In this document: positions 54,270 to 64,000 of the stretch, piece by piece
How the letters are laid out: each line of letters begins with the position of its first letter
Numbering within the stretch: the stretch's first letter is position 1
Assembly: GCA_028534125.1 (NCBI GenBank)
Contig: CM052832.1
Location: 7,318,001 to 7,382,000, forward strand
DNA: 64,000 nt
From: Lama glama
Taxonomy: Eukaryota
Direction: 5' to 3'
The notes under the pieces: generated by a model
Told to the model about the DNA's origin: nothing
Seen by the model: only the letters and a program-made list of their open reading frames with translations
Databases searched by the model: none
Made by a program: the position numbers and the translations under genes

Positions 54270-56398
54270 TTAAAAATGTTCTTTTGTGAATTTACATAAT
54301 ATATTTATACTTAGTCTTTCTGAAAATCCTGTGACTGTAACTCTGAATATATTGTAATTGCACTTGATTATCATACCAGTGTGTGTAACCGAATGTATAA
54401 CGTCATTGTGTGTTTTGGGCACTCGTTTTCAAATAACTAAATCTGCATAATTTCTGGTAGCTATAAAGTTAGCAGTATGTTATGTAGCATTTTGTCAGTT
54501 TGTTTTTATTTTTAATATGCTGAGATTTTGAAAACTTATTTTTAAATGTATCAAGTTCAAGATTAATCTTTGAAAAATGTACTTGATAAAAATGGATTCT
54601 TCTATACTGAAAATACATCAGAAAGTGGTTAGTAGTTTTGGGTAGGAAATTAAAATTTCTTCTCTATGTGTTCATTCCCTCTTTACAATAAATTCTGTTG
54701 ATGTAGAATGTAAACAGCTCTTAAAATTAGAACAATATGATTTTATAAAAGAGTAGTCAATTTTCAGTATATCAGAACGGATCTTTTCAATTTTGACTAT
54801 CTGTTGAGTCAGAGGGTCCATGGGTGTTTTTAAGTTTGCTGAGGCACAGTTCTGATTCTCTCTAGATGTGAGACTGATAGCAGTTTTACATTACATCAAA
54901 AGAAATGGAAACTGACTTATTCTGTAATGTATTTTAATATGTCAACATACATATTATTATGTGCATGTACATATTTTTTAGCATATTGAAATACATCACA
55001 AAAATATGTATTAGTATGAGTATGCCTTGTGCAAATACATCTTTTTTTTTGACACATCTACATTTAAACAATCTTAAGTAAAACAGCATATGCCTTTTAA
55101 AAAATACTGTAGTAATTTGGTTTTCTAACCCTCACAACATTTTTCCCTAGGACAGAACAGAATTCACAAACCACTCTTCTAGGGAAGAGCAGTGAGAACT
55201 AACCCTTCATCTCTTATCTTCGACTAACTGCTTTCTTCCTGTTTGTCTTGAAAGAACCAGGTTATGACCAGTTTTTGCCATGGCTGATAGAGTGTTACTA
55301 ACCTTTTGTGTCTTTCTCTGTATTACATGGGTTGGTAATGAGTGTTCAGTGGGGATAACGGTATACTAGTAATATGTTTCTGCCAGTTGTGGGTTAAATC
55401 AGACTCTTTGGGCTGGCCTGGCAATCAATTAATACTTATTTCTACAATAAAAATAACATTCTTTTTTGTGTGGAATTACTTCCAAATAGCCAAACTTGGA
55501 ATACAACCCATTTCTAAGTCAAACACTGTATTTTTTATTCTGTGTTTTCCAACCTAGAATTTGGGATTAACAGTGTCCTTTGTGTCTCTAGTCCTTTAGA
55601 AGGATGTGAACAGAGATAATGTTCGTTTTTAATATACAGTATGTCTTCACAGATCTGGAATTTATAATAAAATAGAAATATTTTAAAGGCTAAATTAATA
55701 TAAAGGACAGTAATGCCACATATAGGTGAGTAATTAAGATAACATGATACAGTGGAAAGGGAGCCAGAAAATCTTGGTTCACTTCTGTATTGGTAGATTT
55801 TATGTTAAGAACAAAATACCTGCTCCCTCCAAAACAAAAACAAAAACAAAAAATGAAATAAGAAACCATGCAGATGTTATGGATAGGGGAATTGTTGTAT
55901 TGGTATTTTATTCAAAATGAAGTATTTTTTATATTAGAAGCAGTTCATATTGTTTTCTGAAAAGAAAAAAAATCAGGAAATACAGAAAGACAATAAAGAA
56001 TATTTTAAAGTAACTGAATTAGAGCACTGTAATGCTTTGGTATAATTTAGGTTTTTATTTATTATATATCATTAGCCTTTTTTCCCATGTCAATAAATAT
56101 ATGGCATTACTTTTGTAGCTGCAATAGTTTGTATTCCATTATGATATCTTTAAGCAATCTTGTTAAATACATTTGGTTATTTCTGACTTTTCAGCTTTAC
56201 AGGTAGGATTTAATGAACTTACTTTATATATAGAAATAGATTTTGCTCCCACCTTCCCTTCCCCTCTCTCTCCCTCCTGCCCTTCACCTGCTTCTCTCTT
56301 TCCCAAATCTGTATCTGTATCTTTGAGCATGTGACTGGATGTTTCATTAGGAATAATTCCTTTAAGGTTTTTGATGACCTTCTATAAAGGCTTTAATG

Positions 56399-56545
56399 AG
56401 TTGTAATCCTGCCTATAGTTGTAATCCCGCCTATTTATATATAAATTTATTTTATATGTTTATATTTATTTATATATAAATGTGATTTAAATTATGTATT
56501 TTATATGTTTATATTTATTTATATATAAATGTGATTTAACTTATG
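56399..56545. repeat. Two adjacent tandem duplications (18 bp x2 and 49 bp x2)
   Basis: agttgtaatcc(t/c)gcctat at 56399-56416 / 56417-56434. AT-rich 49-mer at 56448-56496 / 56497-56545. One mismatch in each pair. Confidence 0.9.
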
Positions 56546-57149
56546 TATATTATCATGAAAGAATTGTTCTAGTTTAGTTTTTAATTTAATTTTTAATCAT
56601 TTAAACCTAAAAATTCAAAATAGTTATATGATAAAAAGTTCTCCTATCCTTGTTGCCTGATTTTATTCATTCTCGGGTATTTTTTCTGGCTTTCTTTGTC
56701 CACATTATAAACACATTTGAATATAATCTTATTTTTTCCTTTTTACACTTGGAGTTCCATTCTGTAGACATTCTTTTGTATTTGGTTTTTTAAAAAATGC
56801 ACCTGGAGATCTCTGCATAACAGTGTGCACCAGAGAGAGAGAGAGAATATGTGTGTTTAATTTAAAAGTTTTTCTAGCATTTTGTAGTTGAGTAACTGAT
56901 GAATTCTGCAGCCTAAACAAGGGACTCCTTTACTATTCAAGGAAACTGAGGCAACTTCTAAATGAGTTACTTAACTCACACAGATAAGCAAAAACAAGAA
57001 AATAAAAGCTATCTGTAACCTCTTACCAAGAGAGAGTCTGCTACCTTGAGGGGGGTGTGTGCATGTGCATGCCTGACTTAATTTTTTTAAGTTGTTAGTA
57101 ATTTGTAGTCACTACTATGCTTTTTTTGGCATCCTGTTCCTTTACTGTG

Positions 57150-58210
57150 TTATTAGACAGTTATTTCATTGTGTGGGTATCTATTGACTTTAATTCTGTT
57201 ATTGAACCATTTGATTATTTCCAATTTTTCCACTGTTAGTAAAAATGATGTAATGAAATCTTAATACCTATTACCTCATATTATATATGAGAATTTTAGA
57301 GGCTAAAAGCTTTTTTGATAGTAACTTCCTAATTTTTCCTCCAGGAAAGTTGGACTTTTTACATTTCAGTCCACAGTTAGGAGAATACCTCCCTTCCTCT
57401 CTCTCTGACATTTTAACAATGGAAATATTGTGCATTTCTTTGACTACATTATATTACAGCTTTCCTTTGACTACTGAGTTTGAAAATATTTTGGCCATTT
57501 ATAGTTCTTCATTTGTGGATGTTTGTTCATATTCTTAGCACAGTTTTACCAAGTCCTGTGCTTTCCCATTGTTCATTAAGGGTTTTTAATATATTAAAGG
57601 CATCAAGCCTTTATTGATCATACATGGTAGTCTCCCCACAACCCCCCATACCCTCATCTTTTGTTTTCCCTAAGGTTTGTTTATAGTGATATCTTCTTAA
57701 TACATGTGTTTTAATGTTTAATGTAGTTAAGTCAGTCTTGTAATTCTTTATTGCCTCTACTTTGACTGAAAGTCCTACCCTCAGTTTTTGAACAAATCAT
57801 CATGTACTTCTCATGTTTCAGGGTTTCAGTTTCTATAGTTTAATATTTAATCCATTGTTTTGTTGTATAGTGCCAGAGAGGGTTCTGAGTTAAAACAATT
57901 TTACTTTAAGTTGGTTTGCCAGTGGTCTCACCACCACAAATTATATAAACCTCCCTTTTCTCTTAGAATTGAAATGCTACCTTTATCAGATAAAAAATTA
58001 TTGGATTTTCTGCTTTTGTCCATTGAATTGTCTATTCCTTTGCCAGTACTACATTACTTGAGTTATTATAGCTTCTTAATATGTTTTAATATTTGGTATT
58101 ACAGTTTAAGGTCACCTGCATAACTTTTCTTTTTAAAATATTTCTTGTCTCTTTTCCTATTTTTATTCCTCCAGATGAATTTTTAGGAATCATTTTATCA
58201 AGTTCCAAGG
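57150..58210 (-). mobile_element. Ancient L1M fragment(s)
   Basis: T-rich with reverse-strand L1 motifs (tgcatttctttgacta, ttggccatttatagttcttc, ttgccagtactacatt, ttattcctccagatgaatttt). Ends approximate. Confidence 0.65.
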
Positions 58211-59272
58211 CAAATTCTAAGTGCAAATTTTAAGCAGTTTCATTTTTCTTTTCTTTTTATGCTTTCTGCTCTATGCTCAAATTTCAGACATTGGTCTGTG
58301 TGATTCATTTTACTTTTAAAGTTGATTAATGAAATAATTTGACATTTAGAAAGTTTATTTGAAACAACACGGGATAGAAACTGACTAATGAGTGACTTGG
58401 TTAATAGTGTGTGATTAGAGACTCTGAAGAACGTCTCAGTTTTCCTTAATATTTATTTTTCTTGCTTGAATGTAGACTTGTGCTGTGCCTGCAGTATGTA
58501 AACATCAGCCAGACTATCTCCTCAATTTTAAGTCATACAGTTATTGTCTTGCTTTTGAATGAAGAGCATGATTGAAAACAAAAGGCTAGTTTAATTTTTT
58601 TATAGGTGTGTAAAACTATATTCTGACTAGTGGAATTACATGCAAGGGAATCTATGCCATATTTGTCACAGAGAAATACATATTTAATGTATTTGTTTTA
58701 TAAATGCATGAGCTAATCTAAGTGATCAAATAGATCTTATTTTGACCATTTTAATGGAAATATTTCTGTAGTTAATTTATTATAGCACGTTTATGGCTGT
58801 GTATAAATGGAATACCAGGTACAATTTAATTTTTTTAAGTGAAATTTCATTGTATATATGAGGTATTGTAGTCCACTTGTACTGTATTGATGCCCTAGGA
58901 CACCATAGAGGCATAAAGTGTGCTATGCTCCTGTGATAAATAGTTCTACTGTGCTTTGCTGTTTGAATTTGTATTTTTTTTTTTTTTGGTGGAGTTTTTA
59001 GGTTTTTTTCTCTCCTTTGCATCCACTGATTTTTTTGCTGTCATTGTGCCATGATTCACCTCCCAGACCTGACTTTTTGACTGCTGTTTCCAGTCTGCTA
59101 TGGAGTAGTAAATTTATTAGATTGTACATAAAATAAGAGGTTGTACTCGAGGAAAGCGTTACACTGTCTTCAGAGAAAAGTCACTTGATCTTTGGTACAA
59201 AAACTTAATATCAATTTTGAGAGTTGAGTTCACTTATTACTTCTTAGTTCTGGTTTTTGGCTGTATTTTTAA

Positions 59273-59435
59273 ATTTTTAAAATTTATTTATTTTTTAATT
59301 GAAATGCAGTCAGTTACGACGTGTTGATTTCTAGTGTATAGCACAGTGTCCCAGTCATGCATATATATACACATATATTTGTTTTCATATTCTTTTTCAT
59401 TAAAGTTTATTACAAGATATTGAATGTAGTTCCAA
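59273..59435 (-). mobile_element. 5'-truncated L1 3'-end fragment
   Basis: Reverse complement resembles 22280-22425. TSD-like gctgtatttttaa / gctacatttttaa (59260-59272 / 59436-59448). Confidence 0.82.
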
Positions 59436-62082
59436 GCTACATTTTTAATAGCTAAAATTGTCAGATAGCAGGTCAAAGTTTATTTGTAAATCCTTTGGGA
59501 ATCCCTAAATCTATTTTCTCAGTGAACAATGTTAAGAATTTTAGTTAGATTGCTGGGTTAGTTCAGTACACACAATTTTTTTACCTGTAAAAAATAGTCT
59601 GGAGTAATATTTTCAGCTATGTGTAATTGTCATTCATACCATTCTGAAGTAGGCAAGACTGCTGGCTGGGATTGACAGGGACGTCGGGAAGCTTGAGAGC
59701 AGTGAAGATTTGTGATGGCAACAGTGGAGTTAGGGAGAGAAAGCTAATCAAGAATATGCTTAGTGTCGCCTAAGTTGTCAAGGGCCCCGTAGAGCTTATA
59801 ACAGCGCTCTAACAGCAGGGCTGTGTAGTTTTCTGTAGCATAGCTCAGCTGCTGGGCGCAGGACTGGAAAAGAAAGATAATTGGATTGATTTAAGGATAT
59901 GAAGGACAGATGTAACAAGAATATTGAAATTTGAGATGTTAGGAGTTCTGATCACTGAGACTAGGCTGGTGGGGCAGGATGGAATAGGAAGGCATGAAGG
60001 AGTTGATCAGTTTGTAGAAAAATGGGAGAAGGAGAAAGGTTTAGAGATGTCAATGAAATATAAAATTAAGTGAAGTAGAAGAATTGGGTAAGAGAGCTGG
60101 AGGGATAGAAAGTGTAGCAAAATAGAAACATCAGCTTGGACATCTCATCCTCCAAGAAGACTTCTCTGGTCTGTCCAGTCTTGTTAATTCCTTTCTGTGT
60201 GCTGGGGCACCTGGTACTCCACTGTTATAAATAAAGGTCTTTATTTTACTGTGTTTCAGGGATCTATATACGTGTCTATTTCTGTTCCCCACTGTAAGCT
60301 TTACGAGTACAGAGCTTGTTTTAATTTTCCTGTTTTACAGTACCTGGGACCTGTTAGGTGCCTAGGAGGTGCTGAATTTAATAGAATGCATAGGAAGTTG
60401 TGTGCATAGCCGGGTAGTATGGTTTAGGAAGACAGTCTCCGTGGGAGTTGCTAAAGTTGAGAAGAGGTTACAAATCTTCAGCACAGAAGAGGTAGGAATT
60501 AGGAGTGTGGGTAATCTATCTGCATACTCTGTGTCCATATTAGGAATTCAGATTACTGCTTTATTTTGGGCATTCCCTGATTTTTTTTAAGGTTTTGAAC
60601 ACATTGTTATCACCGATCAGGTATTTATTTTGCTTTCTTATTAACTTTAGAACTGAAGTTTTACCATTCCTATGATTCCCTTAGTACATTCGCTTTAGAT
60701 TCTTCTTCATCTTAGTTGCATAAAAAACTTTTTTTGGTGTAATATTCTATATTTTGAGTGTCTCTGATTTACTTGAAACCTTTACTGCTTCCTTGGAAAA
60801 TAAACTGTATGTCGTGACTGTTTTGTAGAGGGAAGGATGGTCTGTTGGAGCATACAAATCTGAGTGAGTGCCATTAGTTCTCTTTTCTGTATTACTGTGA
60901 GGTCTTTATTATTTATAAAATTCAAATAAAAATATCCATTTCCCAGGTTTCTTATGTGGATTGAATCAGATTATGTAAGTCATTTACATAGGAGATAGGT
61001 AGGTGTTCAGTGCAAATCTCTATATAAATAAATGTCTTTTAAATTAGTTTGACTTTTATAAAGTGTTACAGACAGAATTGAACCTTAGCATATTTTTGTA
61101 GGACCACCTGTCTGCCTTTATTCAAAAACAGAGGAATCTGGGTAGTATCAGTTACTTAGCCTTAGTGGAAAAAAATCTCATGATCTTTTTATTTACTCCT
61201 GCAGAAACTGAAGAGCAGAGAAGTAAGGTGATTTTCCTTAGAATGTGTAGTAGGTTAGTTTTTAGTTTGGGGCTATGTACCTGGTCTTCTGTCAGCCCAG
61301 TTCACTTTCCCAGAGCTTGTCTGCTATAAATTAATGTTTATTTGACTATTCCTCACTTGTTCCTCATTTTTTGAACCACCAGCACTGACTCAGTTCTGTG
61401 TTTTACTTTTGTATTTGAGATGACACCACAATATTGGACTCACTTTAAAGTGAGGAGTGAGGTATATACTTGAAGTGTTTGTATTAATTCAGAGCATAAC
61501 ATCTTTATGTGCCTTCATTCCTGTGATCATCTATCATAAACTTCCCTGAAAATAAAAAACCTTCATTTATTCACACACGCCTGGGATATCTAAATTTCCT
61601 GATTAGAACCTGACATTTAGCTGACAAAAAGAGCTTATCCTTAACATTTTTTTGTTGCTTTCATGTTTTATAAGCTTCCTTTAAAAGACATGGTGACCTA
61701 ATTATGACCACATTTTAGCAGCCAGACATAATTTTTACAAAGTATTCTTTTGTTCGATCCTTCGGTTTGAAGTTAGTTTTTTTTTTTTCTCTCTCTCTCA
61801 TTTCAACTCCCAACCATTAGGCTAAAGAGGTGCCACCCAGTGTAGCCAGTATGTGAACTGTTTGTCTTTTATGAGATAAGTAGCTTGAGCCTCCAATCCC
61901 CTGCTTCCTTTGTCGAGATAGTTTTCCTGTGATGCAAGCTGAATTAAATGATGTACGTGGTGATGCACATTCTGGTGCAAACTCCTTTTCTCATTGTGGA
62001 CTTGTAGTGAACAGTTCTGAGACCATCACTTATTGGCAGACCACATTTGCTCTATGGGATTATTGAGTGCTAATGCTTTTTA

Positions 62083-62215
62083 TTTATTCATTCAACAAAG
62101 TCCTGCTGAGTGCCTACTGTTTGCTAGACAGTCTTCTAGGATCTGGGGATATAGCAGTGAATAAAACAACAACAAAAACCCCCCGCAGATCTCATGGAGC
62201 TTACATTTTAGTTCT
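62083..62215 (-). mobile_element. L2 3' end fragment
   Basis: tattcattcaacaaa...ctgagtgcctactgt...ggggatatagcagtgaataaaac...ctcatggagcttacattttag. Confidence 0.85.
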
Positions 62216-62384
62216 GTTAGAAATACCATTTTTATTTCTCTTTTCTCAGGAGTTCTCTTGTTTTTGTAGTAAACTGTATTTTTGCAGTTTATGGTCTTAT
62301 GCACTTGAACCAGTGACTTAATTCTGTGTATCTTTACATATAGTGGTAATACTACTTTAAAAAATTAATAATTTTTTATTTAAT

Positions 62385-62760
62385 CAACTTAATTTTTTAG
62401 TTGACTTTCCTTTTTAGGTCAAGAATTGTATTATCCACAAATAATGGTTATTTCTTTTTTTAAATCAGAACTTCCAGAACATTAATAGCTAAGAGTGAGG
62501 GTAATGGATGTTTTTATTCTGATTTTAATGGAGATGTTTTTCTATTCACTAGTAAGTATGATGTTGACTCTTGGTTTAAAATGGCTTAAATCACTCTGAG
62601 GAAGTAGTTTTATTTTTCTGGATTTATAAAGAAAATGAAAGGGAGTTAAGTTTTATCAAATGCCAAAAAGGATGCCTTTGAGATGATTATATGCTTTTTT
62701 CATATTTGACCTACTAATGTGCTAGGTTAACAAAGTTTCTATCATTAAACTATGTTTACA
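62385..62760 (-). mobile_element. Ancient L1M ORF2 fragment
   Basis: ttcactagtaagtatgatgttgac and ttttatcaaatgcc...gagatgattatatg reverse-strand L1 motifs. Confidence 0.55.
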
Positions 62761-63319
62761 GTCTTGTTGTGGAGGTTTATTATCAATTTATAGATGAATT
62801 ATATCTCTAAAATAAAGATTAATCTAGAGCCCATTTATACCTCTAAGGATTAACTTAGAACCCACTTGAATCTTTGACTTAATTGTGCGTATCTTTACAT
62901 ATAGTGGGAATACTTTTATAATTACATTTATGGCTCAGATCATTGTCTTTTTCCTGTGACTTAAAAAAACATTTGAAAGCAGTACTTGTATTTTTCGTCA
63001 TTGTCCAGTTTTACTCGAAGTTAGTGGTTCTGAAGCAAGGACCTTTTTATTTAGGAGGAGGTGCAGAGGAAGTTAATTTCTAATAAAAGAACAAACAGTG
63101 ACAACATGAACTGATTATGCAGCATATGTGGATAGAACAGTGTAAACAATCATTCTTTGGTTATCTGCCTATATTTCTGACACGTGTTTGTCAGACTTTA
63201 GAGTATTTAGGAGATTATACTGCAATATTAGAATTTAATGGTGAAATACAAAGACTGGCAAATTGAATTGTGACGATCAGTGAAATAACCTATTACTTAT
63301 AAAGACTAAATCCTTTAAT

Positions 63320-63508
63320 GTGATGGTTGTCAGACTTCAGTGTACATTAAAATCACCTCAGAGCCTTGTTAAACCCTAAGACTGCTGGGCCTCACCTACA
63401 GGCTTTTGATTCAGTAAATGTAGGGTGAGCCCAATAATCTGCATCTCTAGTAGATTCCCAGGTGATGGTGGTACGATGGTCTAGGGAACCACACTTTGAG
63501 AGCCAGCA
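63320..63508. mobile_element. MER5A-like hAT MITE
   Basis: aaatcacctcagagccttgttaaa...tgattcagtaaatgtagggtgagccc...tctgcatctcta...ttcccaggtgatg...accacactttgag. Confidence 0.85.
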
Positions 63509-64000
63509 CACTAGTGTTCTCTAGTAGTGCTCCCAGTTCATCAGTAAATCTCTGATTTAATCACAGTTCTAGCAAGTGGTGATTAAAAGAAAACTCAGTG
63601 GGTAAACTAAAAGCCGAAAAGGAAATTAAACATTTTTCTTAATCTTTATTTTTAGTAGACTCATTAATGGAAGATTGAGGTACAAAATGTAGAAAATTAC
63701 TATGATTCAGTCATTGTTACTTTAAATTTGTAGGGGTTGACTGAAATACTGGTAGTGGGATGTTCTTTTTTCTCCTTGTGCAGTTGTCCCCAGAAGTACT
63801 AAATTTCAGATTTAGATCTCACATTCATACAACAGTCAATAACATTTATAATCAAGATCTCACTCCTAATTACCTCCTCCCCCACAAAATGGATACATTT
63901 GCATAAATAAATAATTATAAATTGTGATAAGGATTATTAAAGAAAGTACAGGCTACTAGGAAATAGTGGAATGTGGGAACTTATTTAGGGGAAGCCTCTC

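Noticed and set aside
47882..64000. RUNX2 P1 (MASNS) exon or further SUPT3H coding exons
   Set aside because: No matching sequence found by eye. Both are expected beyond the window end.

Overview
Mammalian genomic DNA covering the interleaved RUNX2/SUPT3H locus. The host is probably a camelid, judged from five tRNA-Ala-derived Vic-1-like SINEs and the apparent absence of Alu, BovB and PRE-1 elements. The minus strand carries the RUNX2 proximal (P2) CpG-island promoter, the MRIPV/Q22-E-A16/Runt exon (CDS 11323-11697) and the next Runt-domain exon (2537-2693). The plus strand carries the SUPT3H CpG-island promoter (~34.7-35.8 kb) and its first coding exon (47781-47881, missed by the ORF track). 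The RUNX2 P1 promoter is expected beyond the right edge. The rest is intronic DNA with L1, L2, MIR, hAT MITEs, two LTRs and two assembly gaps. Nearly all listed ORFs are spurious. I see no clearly new gene system. The best leads are an ORF2-less L1 with a target-site duplication, a solo ERV1 LTR with a CCAAT array and duplicated FOX/TATA cassette pointing at SUPT3H, an LTR-borne CTCF-like site between the two promoters, a triple-use start/acceptor/branch-point segment in RUNX2, and a speculative extra in-frame first exon. Repeat family names and human comparisons come from recall and were not searched.
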